Shown: positions 1 to 10,509, numbered from the stretch's first letter. The stretch is DNA of 64,000 nt from an uncultured Alkalitalea sp. (GCA_964578485.1 CAZODA010000012.1:555-64554); one strand, 5' to 3'. The notes: generated by a model not told the origin, from the sequence alone. Numbers and translations: made by a program.

Positions 1-270
1 TACATATACCTTTTTTATTTTACCATCAAAAGGCATCAAGACTTCATTCATCATTTTCATAGCCTCCAGAATCAGGAGAGTTTGTCCTTCTTTCAGTATA
101 TCACCTTTTTTCACTTTAAGTTCAACTATGGTTCCCGGTATATAAGATTTAACCTCCTTAGGATTGGGGGCCTCATATGGTTTTCTCATGCCATATTTTA
201 CGGTAAGGAGGGTTTTATATTTTCTCGCAGTGACAGCAAAGTCAACTAATTCCATTTTTTTTTCTTCCAT
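1..270 (-). CDS. biotin carboxyl-carrier (biotinyl-domain) subunit of a biotin-dependent decarboxylase/carboxylase; partial, C-terminus runs off the window
   Basis: Own translation of the minus strand from ATG at 270-268 gives MEEKKMELVDFAVTARKYKTLL...GDILKEGQTLLILEAMKMMNEV... The E-A-M-K-M biotinylation motif is encoded at 66-52. The gene starts 11 nt downstream of the carboxyltransferase gene on the same strand. It is absent from the ORF track because it has no stop inside the window. Confidence 0.75.
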   Translation of the reverse strand, partial: MEEKKMELVDFAVTARKYKTLLTVKYGMRKPYEAPNPKEVKSYIPGTIVELKVKKGDILKEGQTLLILEAMKMMNEVLMPFDGKIKKVYV

Positions 271-281
271 GTTTTTGAATT

Positions 282-1835
282 TTAAAATGGTGGTAGTCCA
301 TGTTTTTTATGTGGTCTCTGATCGCTTTTATTAGCGGAAACCTCGATGGCATGCAATAAAAGTTCTCTTGTTTCTGATGGTTCAATAACCGAATCAATAT
401 ATCCCTTAGCCGCAGCTACATATGGATTTGCAAAACGCTCTATATACTCTTGGACTTTTGCCTGTCGCACTTCTTCCGGGTTTTCTGCTTCTTGAATTTC
501 TTTTTTAAATATTATATTGGCAGCTCCTTCCGGTCCCATAACCGCAATTTCGGCTGTAGGCCATGCAAACATAAAGTCGGCTCCAAGGTGTCGCGAGTTC
601 ATTGCAATATATCCACCTCCATATGCTTTTCTTAAAATAACTGTAATTTTTGGAACTGTTGCTTCAGAATATGCATATAATACTTTTGCACCATGTCGGA
701 TAACACCTGCATGTTCTTGATCAACTCCCGGCAGATAACCGGGCATATCTTCAAGGGTAATTATAGGGATATTAAATGCATTACAATACCTGATGAAGCG
801 AGCTGCTTTATCTGAGCTATCACAATCGAGTACTCCGGCGAGTACTAAGGGTTGATTGGCAACAAAGCCTGTCGTATGGCCATTCATACGTCCAAATCCT
901 ATCACAATATTAGGTGCGAAAAACTCATGCACTTCCAAAAAATCAGAGTCATCTACAATTGCATTTATAACATCTCTTACATCATAAGGAAGCTTTGGAT
1001 CGGCAGGAATAATATCCTCAATTTTTCCTTCAAATTTAGGTTCTCTTGGAGGGAAAGTTTTTGCTTTTTGTGAATTATTCCATGGTATAAAGGAAATAAG
1101 TTTTTTTATCTGTTCAAAACACTCCAGTTCACTTTCAGCAAAGAAGTGTGCATTGCCGGTAATTTCGGCATGAACTTTTGCTCCTCCAAGTTCTTCCATT
1201 GAAATCTCCTCACCCAATACAGTTTTTATCACATTAGGGCCTGTAATAAACATTTTTGAAATTTGATCAACAACAAAAACAAAATCTGTGAGAGCGGGTG
1301 AATAAACAGCACCTCCGGCACAGGGTCCCAGTATTACCGATATTTGTGGTATTACTCCTGATGCAATGGTATTACGATAGAATATTTCACCATATCCGGC
1401 GAGCGAATTAACGCCTTCCTGTATTCTTGCTCCTCCTGAATCGTTGATACCAATTAATGGCACTCTCATTTTTAATGCATGATCCATAATTTTTGTAATT
1501 TTACGGGCATGCATTAATCCAAGTGATCCTCCGGCCACTGTAAAGTCTTGTGCAAAAATGCAAACCGGAGCTCCATAAATAGTGCCGGTTCCAATAATTA
1601 CTCCATCACCATGTAATTCCTTTTTATCCATACCGAAGTCTCTTGCTTCGTGTTCAACAAAAAGGTCATACTCGGTAAATGATTCATTATCAAGAAGTGC
1701 TAAAATTCGGGAACGTGCAGTCATTTTCCCCATTGCCATTTGTTTTTCTATGGCTTTTTCACCACCTCCCATTTGAACTCTTTCTCTTCTTTTTCGAAGA
1801 TCCAAGATGTGTTTTTTCAATGACATACTATACAA
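282..1835 (-). CDS. acyl-CoA carboxyltransferase subunit (methylmalonyl-CoA decarboxylase alpha / propionyl-CoA carboxylase beta family)
   Basis: 517 aa. Length and sequence are typical of the two-domain carboxyltransferase family (MGGGEKAIEKQ..GKMTARSRI N-terminus, GGARIQEG, GPCAGGAVYSPALTDF blocks). It is followed directly by a biotin-carrier gene. Confidence 0.9.
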   Translation of the reverse strand: MYSMSLKKHILDLRKRRERVQMGGGEKAIEKQMAMGKMTARSRILALLDNESFTEYDLFVEHEARDFGMDKKELHGDGVIIGTGTIYGAPVCIFAQDFTVAGGSLGLMHARKITKIMDHALKMRVPLIGINDSGGARIQEGVNSLAGYGEIFYRNTIASGVIPQISVILGPCAGGAVYSPALTDFVFVVDQISKMFITGPNVIKTVLGEEISMEELGGAKVHAEITGNAHFFAESELECFEQIKKLISFIPWNNSQKAKTFPPREPKFEGKIEDIIPADPKLPYDVRDVINAIVDDSDFLEVHEFFAPNIVIGFGRMNGHTTGFVANQPLVLAGVLDCDSSDKAARFIRYCNAFNIPIITLEDMPGYLPGVDQEHAGVIRHGAKVLYAYSEATVPKITVILRKAYGGGYIAMNSRHLGADFMFAWPTAEIAVMGPEGAANIIFKKEIQEAENPEEVRQAKVQEYIERFANPYVAAAKGYIDSVIEPSETRELLLHAIEVSANKSDQRPHKKHGLPPF

Positions 1836-2139
1836 GTTTTAATTAACACGCTGTCTTACAATCAAATATGCATAAACAACGGACTTTTTAAAGTTACATA
1901 ATTACAAATTATAAGCTCAATTATCTGCATTTTTTGTATTTATTTTTTTCTTATCAAAGAACAACTTGATGCTCAACACTATTTGTTAAAGTCGTTCACA
2001 TATATTAAAAGCTTATATTTTTTCTAATTTTCAAATACAAATTTTGCAGAATTTTCAAGATCTACCCTTTCTATATTCACTTTTAATTAAATAATAATTA
2101 AAGTTCAAAATTAAAAATATAATTTCACTTAATAAAGGT

Positions 2140-3249
2140 TTATTTGGGTGCTTTATAATATAAGAATACTGAGATAGCGGCAAAGACAAAGTTAGGTATC
2201 CAAACGGCCAGCCATGGGCTCATATTTCCATTTACAGCAAAAGTTGTTGACACGGTCATAAAAAGTATGTATCCGAAACTCAGGGCTATGCCAATTCCAA
2301 TATGCAGTCCCATTCCTCCTCTAACCTTTCGTGATGCCAATGACAATCCCATAATAGATAAAATAAATGCAGAAAACGGAGATGCTCGTCGTCTATGTTT
2401 TTCAATAAGGAATTCTTCAACATTTCCCACTCCTCTTATTTGTTGTTCTTTAATATATGCATCTAATTCCGGCGAGGTCATTGTTTCAAAAAACTTTCTT
2501 TCTTCCTTAAAATCAGATGGTTTCATATTAAGAACAGTGTCCATTCTTTCACCTTCGGTAATAATTTGCTGATTTTGTGAGAGGTATTCACGTTTCACGA
2601 AATTCCGCAGCGACCATCCTGTTGTTGCCGTATCATAAACAGCCGATTGTGCAGAAATTTTCACTTTAAGTTTTTTACCATCAAATATTTCAAGGCTAAA
2701 GTCATCTCCCACCTCACGTAACGATGAATAGCGTCGGACATATACAAAAACTTCAGGTTCAATTTGCATATGTATATTTGTCATTCCTGTTTCTCGTCTC
2801 TTTTTTATATAGGTATTTTCAAAATCCAAACGCACTTTATTTGCCGGTGGGATTACATAGGCCCCAAGAACAAAAGAAAATGAACCTATAATAAAAGCTC
2901 CTACCAGGTAGGGTATTAACAATCGCCTAAAGCTTACGCCACTTGATAGGATAGCAATAATTTCGGTTTGATATGCCATTTTTGACGTAAAAAAAATTAC
3001 GGCAATAAACACAAACAATGGAGTAAATAAATTGGCAAAATATGGAATAAAATTGGCGTAATAATCAAAGATAACAGCCTGAAGGGGGGCAGAATTTTCA
3101 AGGAAATCATCAATTTTCTCTGCCATATCAAACACCACTGATATACTAATAATCAAAAGGATAGCGAAAAAAAATGTTCCTAAAAATTTTTTAAGAATAT
3201 ATATATCAAGAATTTTAAAGCACAAAAACTTGTTGGTTCTATTTTTCAT
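2140..3249 (-). CDS. LptF/LptG (YjgP/YjgQ) family LPS export permease
   Basis: 369 aa. The N-terminus ILDIYILKKFLGTFFF is typical of the family. It has three TM segments, a large central soluble insert, then three TM segments. Confidence 0.8.
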   Translation of the reverse strand: MKNRTNKFLCFKILDIYILKKFLGTFFFAILLIISISVVFDMAEKIDDFLENSAPLQAVIFDYYANFIPYFANLFTPLFVFIAVIFFTSKMAYQTEIIAILSSGVSFRRLLIPYLVGAFIIGSFSFVLGAYVIPPANKVRLDFENTYIKKRRETGMTNIHMQIEPEVFVYVRRYSSLREVGDDFSLEIFDGKKLKVKISAQSAVYDTATTGWSLRNFVKREYLSQNQQIITEGERMDTVLNMKPSDFKEERKFFETMTSPELDAYIKEQQIRGVGNVEEFLIEKHRRRASPFSAFILSIMGLSLASRKVRGGMGLHIGIGIALSFGYILFMTVSTTFAVNGNMSPWLAVWIPNFVFAAISVFLYYKAPK

Positions 3250-3291
3250 CCTATTGAACTTCTATTAGTCATTATTAAAGGGACAAAAATA

Positions 3292-4422
3292 TTATAATCT
3301 TTGCATAAATTGCCTAATGGCTTTCTCTTTCCATGCAATAAAGGTGCCTTTCACTATATTTTTACGTGCTTCTTTCATCAGCCATTGATAAAAAGCAAGG
3401 TTATGTATTGAGGCTAATTGCGGTCCCAACATTTCTCCTGCAACAAATAAGTGTCTCAAATAAGCCTTTGAATATAGAGTATCAAAGGTACAAATTCCCA
3501 TGGGATCTATATTTGAAAAATCATCTTTCCATTTTTTATTTTTAATATTAATTATTCCTTGTGAAGTAAAGAGCATTCCATTTCTTCCATTCCTTGTAGG
3601 CATTACACAGTCGAACATATCAACTCCCAAACTTATGGCTTCGAGTAAGTTTGCTGGATTTCCGACTCCCATAAGATATCGCGGTTTATCGGTAGGAAGT
3701 ATTTCATTTACTACTTCCACCATTTTATACATAAGATCTTCAGGTTCACCAACTGCAAGGCCTCCAATAGCATTTCCCACACATTGCTCTTCAGCAACAA
3801 ACTGTGCCGATTGTTTACGTAAATCCGAAAAAGCTCCTCCTTGAACAATAGGGAAAAAAGCCTGTGAATAGCCATACATGGGTTCGCTTAAACGAAATTG
3901 CTCAAGGCCTCTCAACAACCAACGATGTGTTAATTCCATTGATTTTTTCGCATATTGGTAATCAGAATCTCCCGGAGGACATTCATCAAAAGCCATTATT
4001 ATATCGGCTCCAATAGCACGTTGGATATCAACTATTTTTTCGGGAGAAAAAAAATGATATGACCCATCTATATGAGATTGGAATTGAGCACCCTCCTCGC
4101 TCAGTTTTCGTTTATGACTGAGCGAAAACACCTGAAAGCCTCCACTATCGGTCAAAATTGGTTTTTCCCATGCAATGAAGCGATGTAAGCCGCCTGCTTG
4201 TTGCAGGATTTCTATTCCCGGTCTAAGATATAAATGATAAGTATTTCCTAAAATTATCGTAGCATTTACTTGTTCTTTCAGATCCTTTACATGTATTCCC
4301 TTCACAGAACCTACAGTGCCAACAGGCATAAAAACCGGAGTTTCAATTGCTCCGTGTTCAGTAATAATTTCTCCTGCCCTGGCTTTAGAGCCGCTATCAT
4401 TTTTCAACAGTTTAAAATCCAT
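3292..4422 (-). CDS. tgt: tRNA-guanine(34) transglycosylase (queuine tRNA-ribosyltransferase)
   Basis: 376 aa with Tgt blocks FMPVGT, LTDSGGFQV, MAFDEC and FDCVMPTRNGRNG. Confidence 0.93.
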   Translation of the reverse strand: MDFKLLKNDSGSKARAGEIITEHGAIETPVFMPVGTVGSVKGIHVKDLKEQVNATIILGNTYHLYLRPGIEILQQAGGLHRFIAWEKPILTDSGGFQVFSLSHKRKLSEEGAQFQSHIDGSYHFFSPEKIVDIQRAIGADIIMAFDECPPGDSDYQYAKKSMELTHRWLLRGLEQFRLSEPMYGYSQAFFPIVQGGAFSDLRKQSAQFVAEEQCVGNAIGGLAVGEPEDLMYKMVEVVNEILPTDKPRYLMGVGNPANLLEAISLGVDMFDCVMPTRNGRNGMLFTSQGIINIKNKKWKDDFSNIDPMGICTFDTLYSKAYLRHLFVAGEMLGPQLASIHNLAFYQWLMKEARKNIVKGTFIAWKEKAIRQFMQRL

Positions 4423-4616
4423 TGATTTCTTTCAAATGAGTATTACAAAATTCCATCATTTTTTAATGATAATTATTTACAATATCTGATAAATAGTATC
4501 ATATCTGATTAAGACCGAAACTATTCTTTTTCCGGCAAAGATACAATTTGCCATCGAAATATTATTTATTTGCATGAAAAGGAAAAAAATTGCACTTTTG
4601 GCACAAAATATTGAAG

Positions 4617-5762
4617 ATGTTTACTGAATTTATATCCCTGTCACCGGTTCAATTGGCCATATTCTCTATATTCTTTATAAGTTGGCTAATTCAAATACGT
4701 TTTCTATTGGTTCGTGTTCGTCCTTTGGCATTTTTCAAACCCTGTTATGATGAAGTATCCAATTCAAAACGTCCTGTTTCAGTAATTATCTGTGCTAAAA
4801 ATGAAGCGGAAAATCTTCAAAAATTTTTACCTCTTATTTTAACTCAAAACTATCCTAATTACGAAGTAGTAGTAGTTAATGATTGTTCAGAGGATGATTC
4901 GGAATTAATCCTTGCCGGGTTAAAAGAAAAATATTCTCATCTATATTACACCAATATTCCCATTGACCGAAAGTTTCGTCACGGAAAGAAGCTTGCTTTA
5001 ACTATTGGTATAAAAGCAGCGCGTAATGAATATTTAGTACTTACTGATGCTGATTGTTATCCTAGATCTGAACATTGGTTATCTGAAATGATGAAAGGGT
5101 TTAATAATAGTGAGCGCGATATTGTTCTTGGTGTTGGTTGTTACAAAAAAGAAAGAGGTTTTACAAATCTCTTGACCCGTTATGATACATTTTTCACTGC
5201 CATTCAATATTTGGGTTTTGCTTTAAGCGGGAACCCATATATGGGAGTTGGTCGCAATCTTGCTTATAAGAAAAAATTATTTGTTAAAAATAATGGATTC
5301 AGAAACCACAGTCATATTCTCTCGGGCGATGACGATCTTTTTGTTCATGAAGTTGCCAACAAAAACAATGTATCAATTGTAATAAGGCCTAATGCTCAAA
5401 CACTTTCAATCGCACCCGAAAGTTTAAAACAATGGAAAAATCAAAAATCCAGGCATCTTTCAACAGCTCCGTATTACAAATTCAACATAAAAACTGAGTT
5501 AATAAGTGAATCATTATCCCGACAATTATTAATATACCTCGGTATAATATTAATTATTATTAATACTTTTGTTATTTTTACAGCAGTTACGATAATAATA
5601 AAGTATTTAATTCAGTTTTTTTTCTGGAAGCGTATTTCAAAAAAGCTGTCACAGAAAAGATTTGAATTAAAGATGTTTATTTTTGATATTATACATCCAT
5701 GGTTTTTACTATGGGCATATTCAGCTTACTTTTTTAGTAGAAATAGAAATAAATGGAAATAA
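4617..5762 (+). CDS. family 2 glycosyltransferase with C-terminal membrane segments
   Basis: The ORF track opens at a TTG (4590); the first ATG is 4617. GT-A/GT2 motifs are VSVIICAKNEAENL, VVVVNDCSEDDS and LTDADCYP. The C-terminus is hydrophobic. Confidence 0.75.
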   Translation: MFTEFISLSPVQLAIFSIFFISWLIQIRFLLVRVRPLAFFKPCYDEVSNSKRPVSVIICAKNEAENLQKFLPLILTQNYPNYEVVVVNDCSEDDSELILAGLKEKYSHLYYTNIPIDRKFRHGKKLALTIGIKAARNEYLVLTDADCYPRSEHWLSEMMKGFNNSERDIVLGVGCYKKERGFTNLLTRYDTFFTAIQYLGFALSGNPYMGVGRNLAYKKKLFVKNNGFRNHSHILSGDDDLFVHEVANKNNVSIVIRPNAQTLSIAPESLKQWKNQKSRHLSTAPYYKFNIKTELISESLSRQLLIYLGIILIIINTFVIFTAVTIIIKYLIQFFFWKRISKKLSQKRFELKMFIFDIIHPWFLLWAYSAYFFSRNRNKWK

Positions 5763-6358
5763 ATCCCAATCTTTCAGATAAGGCAAAATATGATCTAAAG
5801 CTTGTAATAAGAGCTAAGGATGGTGATCAAAAGGCGTATGCAGAATTGATGGCTCGCTACAAGGATGCCATATATTTTATGCTTTTAAAAATGATCAACA
5901 ATAAAACTGATGCAGAAGATTTGACAATAGAGGCCTTTGGAAAAGCTTTCAAGAATCTTGCTCAATATTCTCCCAAATATGCATTTAGTACTTGGCTTTT
6001 TAAAATTGCATCAAATAATTGTATTGATTATCTTAGGAAGAAGCGTTCGAACATGGTATCTATAGATAGTCAATATTACAGCGACAAAGAAACAGAATCC
6101 AGGATACACCTTAAAGATGACACTCCTGATCCTGAGGAGCATCTAATACGGGCTCAAAAGGCTGTTTTAATGCGTACTGTTGTCAAAAAGCTAAAGCCCA
6201 GATATCGCACATTAATAGAACTTCGTTATTTCAAAGAGTATTCTTATGATGAAATTTCCAAGGAGCTTGATTTACCTCTTGGAACAGTAAAAGCTCAACT
6301 TTTTAGGGCTCGTGAGCTCTTGTTCAACACTTTAAAAAACTCTGAAGTAAAAAAATAA
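5753..6358 (+). CDS. sigma-70 family (ECF-type) RNA polymerase sigma factor
   Basis: 201 aa. Region 2 is DAEDLTIEAFGKAF...FSTWLFKIASNNCIDYLRKK and the region 4 HTH is YSYDEISKELDLPLGTVKAQLFRARELL. It overlaps the upstream GT2 gene by 10 nt. No anti-sigma gene is adjacent. Confidence 0.85.
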   Translation: MEINPNLSDKAKYDLKLVIRAKDGDQKAYAELMARYKDAIYFMLLKMINNKTDAEDLTIEAFGKAFKNLAQYSPKYAFSTWLFKIASNNCIDYLRKKRSNMVSIDSQYYSDKETESRIHLKDDTPDPEEHLIRAQKAVLMRTVVKKLKPRYRTLIELRYFKEYSYDEISKELDLPLGTVKAQLFRARELLFNTLKNSEVKK

Positions 6359-6378
6359 TCTGCATAAGCCGGTTTAAT

Positions 6379-7002
6379 ATGAATCAGCTTTTAGTAAAAT
6401 ATTTTCCAAAGCTAAGCGATCAGCAGACAAAAAAGATCTTATCTCTTGAAGGAATTTATAGGGAATGGAACAATAAAATCAATCTTATTTCAAGAAAGGA
6501 TATAGACAATTTTTTTATTCATCATGTTTTACATTCTCTTTCTATTGCAAAACTCCTTCAATTCAAGTCTAAATCTCATGTTATTGATGTAGGAACGGGT
6601 GGAGGTTTTCCCGGTATTCCTTTATCCATAATATTTCCGGAAACTTCTTTTACCCTAATAGACTCAATTGGTAAAAAAATTAAAGCAGTAGAAGAAATAA
6701 TAAAACAATTGGAACTTAGCAATACTGTAGCAGTCAGGGTACGTTCAGAATCTTTTAAGGCAAAGTTTGATTTTGTTCTTGGTCGTGGCGTTTCCTCTTT
6801 ACCGGAATTTCATAAAAGAACCCGTCATTTAGTTTCCGCCCATCAAAAAAACGCTATTTCCAATGGTATTTTATATCTTAAGGGAGGTGATATTTCGGGT
6901 GAGCTAAAGTCTTTTGGTCGTATGGTATCAGTTATAGACCTAAGCAATTACTTTCAAGAGTCATTTTTTGAAACAAAGAAAATAGTTCATATTTCGGTTT
7001 AA
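6379..7002 (+). CDS. rsmG: 16S rRNA (guanine527-N7)-methyltransferase
   Basis: 207 aa, GidB length, with SAM-binding motif DVGTGGGFPGIPL. Confidence 0.88.
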   Translation: MNQLLVKYFPKLSDQQTKKILSLEGIYREWNNKINLISRKDIDNFFIHHVLHSLSIAKLLQFKSKSHVIDVGTGGGFPGIPLSIIFPETSFTLIDSIGKKIKAVEEIIKQLELSNTVAVRVRSESFKAKFDFVLGRGVSSLPEFHKRTRHLVSAHQKNAISNGILYLKGGDISGELKSFGRMVSVIDLSNYFQESFFETKKIVHISV

Positions 7003-7094
7003 TTTTATGTTGGTTTTATAATATTTCATTTATCTATTTTTCAAAATCTATCCTAACATAATTCTTATCTCATCATAAAAATAAAAGGAAAACT

Positions 7095-7125
7095 TTTGCT
7101 TTGAACAAAAAATAATCTATTTTTG
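7095..7125 (+). promoter_or_regulatory. candidate Bacteroidota sigma-A promoter for rpmH (-33 TTTG, -7 TAnnTTTG)
   Basis: TTTG lies at 7095-7098 and TATTTTTG at 7118-7125, with a 19-nt spacer. The site is about 45 nt upstream of the rpmH ATG. Confidence 0.4.
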
Positions 7126-7171
7126 CACTCCTGATTCTGAAGATTACATCTATATAAAATTAAAAATTACG

Positions 7172-7330
7172 ATGAAACGGACATTTCAACCATCAAACCG
7201 AAAAAGAAGAAACAAACATGGTTTCCGCAGCCGAATGGCTACTCCGAGTGGTCGGCGTATTATTGCCGCCAGGCGTGCAAAGGGACGTAAAAGTCTTTCG
7301 GTATCTGACAAGATGAGACAAAGATCATAA
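7172..7330 (+). CDS. rpmH: 50S ribosomal protein L34
   Basis: Not in the ORF track because it is under 60 aa. Own translation: [52 protein letters not shown], the canonical L34 sequence. Confidence 0.93.
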   Translation: MKRTFQPSNRKRRNKHGFRSRMATPSGRRIIAARRAKGRKSLSVSDKMRQRS

Positions 7331-7358
7331 TAAAACCTTCTTTATCCTAAAATTTGAA

Positions 7359-7389
7359 AGGCTGCCTTAAGAGGCGGTCTTTTTTTTTA
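7359..7389 (+). terminator. rho-independent terminator after rpmH
   Basis: An 8-bp stem (AGGCTGCC / GGCGGTCT, two G-U pairs) with a 6-nt loop is followed by a run of 9 T. Confidence 0.55.
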
Positions 7390-7452
7390 TCTATGGATAA
7401 AAAGCTTAATAATTTATATTATTTTTGATCCTGATATTAAAAACAAACTGAT

Positions 7453-8304
7453 ATGTCACGTTGGAGTCTATTGGTTAATAAATCTATTTGGAAGCATATT
7501 GGAATATTGATTGGTATTTTTCTTATTCTTCTAATTTCTGTATTTTTCTTTTTTCGAGTTTACACTTTACATGGTCAAAGTGCTCCTGTTCCTGATTTTA
7601 CCGGTCTTACAGAATCACAGCTACAACATTTGATTAGCAGTCGTCAATTACGTTATACCATTATTGATTCTGTTCATATAAACGATTTGCCTCCCGGTAT
7701 TGTAATGGAGCAAGTGCCTACAGCCGGTGAGCATGTTAAAAAAAATCGTCGAATTTTTTTTACTATCAACGCATGGACGGAGGAACAGATTGCGGTGCCC
7801 GGTTTAAGTGATTACAGTTTACGCAATGCCAGGGTAATACTTGAATCTTTTGGATTGCAAACCGGGGAACTGGTTTACATACCCTCAGAATATACAAATC
7901 TGGTCTTGGGTCAGTTAAAAGATGGAAAGCCTATTGAGGCCGGCACTCTTGTTCCTCGTGGCACCCGTATTGATCTATTGGTTGGCAGAGGTCTGAGTCA
8001 GGAAACTACTGCTATACCGAATTTAATAGGATTGACACTTGAGGAAGCCGAGAAGTTGGCTAACAGTGTTTACCTCAACATCGGGGCTGTAATATATGCC
8101 GACACAGTAGCTACAGCGGAGGATACGGCCCAAGCCTTTATTTGGCGTCAAAAACCTCTTTCACATCAGGATATGGTACTTCATTTAGGTGCTTCCATAG
8201 ATATATGGTTATCTACCGATATAGATTTATTAGGAGTGAGGGATGAACCTATAACAAATACAGAAGAAGATATTATCAAGTCTTTTGAAGATGAGTTTTT
8301 TTAA
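7453..8304 (+). CDS. membrane-anchored PASTA-domain protein (three PASTA repeats, no catalytic domain)
   Basis: An N-terminal TM helix is followed by three repeats of about 65 aa. Each opens with [VI]P-x-[FL]-x-G-L (VPDFTGLTESQ, VPGLSDYSLRNA, IPNLIGLTLEEA). The tail is acidic. Confidence 0.8.
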   Translation: MSRWSLLVNKSIWKHIGILIGIFLILLISVFFFFRVYTLHGQSAPVPDFTGLTESQLQHLISSRQLRYTIIDSVHINDLPPGIVMEQVPTAGEHVKKNRRIFFTINAWTEEQIAVPGLSDYSLRNARVILESFGLQTGELVYIPSEYTNLVLGQLKDGKPIEAGTLVPRGTRIDLLVGRGLSQETTAIPNLIGLTLEEAEKLANSVYLNIGAVIYADTVATAEDTAQAFIWRQKPLSHQDMVLHLGASIDIWLSTDIDLLGVRDEPITNTEEDIIKSFEDEFF

Positions 8305-8351
8305 TGAAGTTTGTTTATTATATCACAAACTAAATTTTCATCTTTCAGGAA

Positions 8352-9446
8352 ATGGGGAGTTTCATGAATAGTTTGCACAAAGAAAATAAAAGAATTTCTA
8401 ACATCGACTTCAAGGAAGAACAAGAAAGCAATGAAAGCGACGAATTATTTGAACATTTTCGTTTTGTTGCTGATGCCGGGCAAAGGCCTTTGAGGATTGA
8501 TCGTTTTTTGGCAAACAGAATAATAAATGTCTCTCGCACTAAAATTCAAGATGCTGCACAAGCAGGTTATATACTTGTAAACAACAAAGCAGTTAAATCA
8601 AATTACAAAGTTAAGCCCGGAGATCATATTTCTGTAATGATGGATAATCCTCCAAGGGAGCTTGAAATCATTCCGGAGGATATTCCACTAAACATAGTTT
8701 TTGAAGATGACGCTTTCATCATCATCAATAAGGAGCCCGGCATGGTAGTGCATCCCGGCTACGGTAATTACTCCGGAACCCTTGTTAACGCTCTTGCTTG
8801 GCATTTTAAAGGTCAGGAATGGTTCAATACAAATGATCCCAGGCCCGGTCTTGTTCATAGGATTGACAAAGACACCTCCGGTCTTTTAGTTGTTGCCAAA
8901 ACTGAAAATGCTAAAATGAAACTTGCACAGCAATTTTTCGATAAAACCAGCAGACGTGTTTATCAAGCCATAGTTTGGGGGACACCAGAGCCTGAAGAAG
9001 GCACTATTTCAGGAAATATTGGAAGGAGTGTAAGAGATCGTAAACTTATGACAGTTTACGAGGATGGTGAACAGGGAAAGCCTGCCGTTACTCATTATAA
9101 AACGATAGAGAAATTAGGCTATATAAGTTTATTGGAATGTAATCTTGAGACAGGTCGCACCCATCAGATACGTACTCATCTAAAATTTATTGGTCATCCC
9201 ATTTTTAATGATGAAAAATATGGTGGCGGTCAAATTTTAAAAGGAACAACTTTTAGTAAATACAGGCTCTTTGTTCAAAACTGTTTTTCCATGCTTCCGC
9301 GGCAGGCTTTACATGCCGGCATTCTTGGTTTTAATCATCCTGTAAGTGGCAAATACATTGAGTTCAAATCTGATTTACCTGATGATATGGCTTCTGTTTT
9401 GGAGAAGTGGAGGACATATATATCTTCAAGAAATGAATGGAGATAA
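8352..9446 (+). CDS. rluD: RluA-family 23S rRNA pseudouridine synthase (RluD-like)
   Basis: It has an S4 domain (RIDRFLANRI..SRTKIQ) and the catalytic motif HRIDKDTSGLLVVAK. An alternative ATG lies at 8364. Confidence 0.88.
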   Translation: MGSFMNSLHKENKRISNIDFKEEQESNESDELFEHFRFVADAGQRPLRIDRFLANRIINVSRTKIQDAAQAGYILVNNKAVKSNYKVKPGDHISVMMDNPPRELEIIPEDIPLNIVFEDDAFIIINKEPGMVVHPGYGNYSGTLVNALAWHFKGQEWFNTNDPRPGLVHRIDKDTSGLLVVAKTENAKMKLAQQFFDKTSRRVYQAIVWGTPEPEEGTISGNIGRSVRDRKLMTVYEDGEQGKPAVTHYKTIEKLGYISLLECNLETGRTHQIRTHLKFIGHPIFNDEKYGGGQILKGTTFSKYRLFVQNCFSMLPRQALHAGILGFNHPVSGKYIEFKSDLPDDMASVLEKWRTYISSRNEWR

Positions 9447-9503
9447 TTTTTTAAAAAGATATATTTAAGTAAAAACAAAAAGGTATAACAAACGCTATAT
9501 TAC

Positions 9504-10493
9504 ATGAATAAAAAAAACATTGCAATTGTTTTTGGAGGCTATTCTTCTGAAGATGTAGTCAGTAGTAGGAGTGCCGAAGGTCTTCTTGGCTTTATTGATG
9601 AAGCAAGGTATAACTCCTACCTTTTACTTCTTAATCGCGAAAAATGGGTTGTGTTATTAAACAACAAAGAATACAGGGTCAACAAAAACGATTTCTCTTT
9701 CACCATTGACAACATTCATATCAAATTTGATTTTGCCTATATCACCATACATGGCACTCCCGGGGAAGATGGCATATTTCAGGGTTATTTAAAACTTCTA
9801 AACATTCCTCATTCCACCTGTAATGTTTTATCTTCTTCTTTAAGCTTTAATAAATACATGTGTAATCAATACCTAAAAAGTTTTGGTGTTAAAGCTGCGA
9901 GATCTGTATTAATTAAAAAAGACAGTTCCTATAACTTGCAAGAAATTGGCGAAGCAATAGGATTTCCATGTTTTGTGAAGCCTAATGCAGGAGGTTCAAG
10001 TTTTGGAATAAGTAAGGTTAAGCATTTCAAAAATCTGGAAGGGGCGATATCCAAAGCTTATAAGGAGCATGATGAAGTTATGATTGAGCAATTTATTGAT
10101 GGTATTGAAGTAACTTGTGGCTTATATAAGACTTTGAGCAAGAGTGTAGTTTTTCCGTTGACAGAAGTAATCAGCAAAAATGAATTCTTCGATTATGAAG
10201 CAAAATACACTCCCGAAAAGGTAACAGAAATCACTCCTGCCAGAATTAATGATGAATTAGCCACAGCTATTCAAAATACTTCATCCCGAATTTATGATTT
10301 ATTGGGGTGTAAGGGTATTATTCGTATAGATTATATCATACAAAGGGATGAATATTATATATTGGAGGTAAACACAACTCCGGGCATGACTGCTACCAGT
10401 TTTATTCCGCAGCAAGTAAATGCTATGAAGCTGAATATAAAGGATGTATTCTCAGAAGTTATTGATGATGCCTTTAACCGTAGTGATCATTAA
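9504..10493 (+). CDS. ddl: D-alanine--D-alanine ligase
   Basis: 329 aa ATP-grasp protein with IAIVFGGYSSEDVVSSRSA at the N-terminus, GSSFGISKV, and EVNTTPGMT near the C-terminus. Confidence 0.92.
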   Translation: MNKKNIAIVFGGYSSEDVVSSRSAEGLLGFIDEARYNSYLLLLNREKWVVLLNNKEYRVNKNDFSFTIDNIHIKFDFAYITIHGTPGEDGIFQGYLKLLNIPHSTCNVLSSSLSFNKYMCNQYLKSFGVKAARSVLIKKDSSYNLQEIGEAIGFPCFVKPNAGGSSFGISKVKHFKNLEGAISKAYKEHDEVMIEQFIDGIEVTCGLYKTLSKSVVFPLTEVISKNEFFDYEAKYTPEKVTEITPARINDELATAIQNTSSRIYDLLGCKGIIRIDYIIQRDEYYILEVNTTPGMTATSFIPQQVNAMKLNIKDVFSEVIDDAFNRSDH

Positions 10494-10509
10494 TTTATAT
10501 TATAACTAT

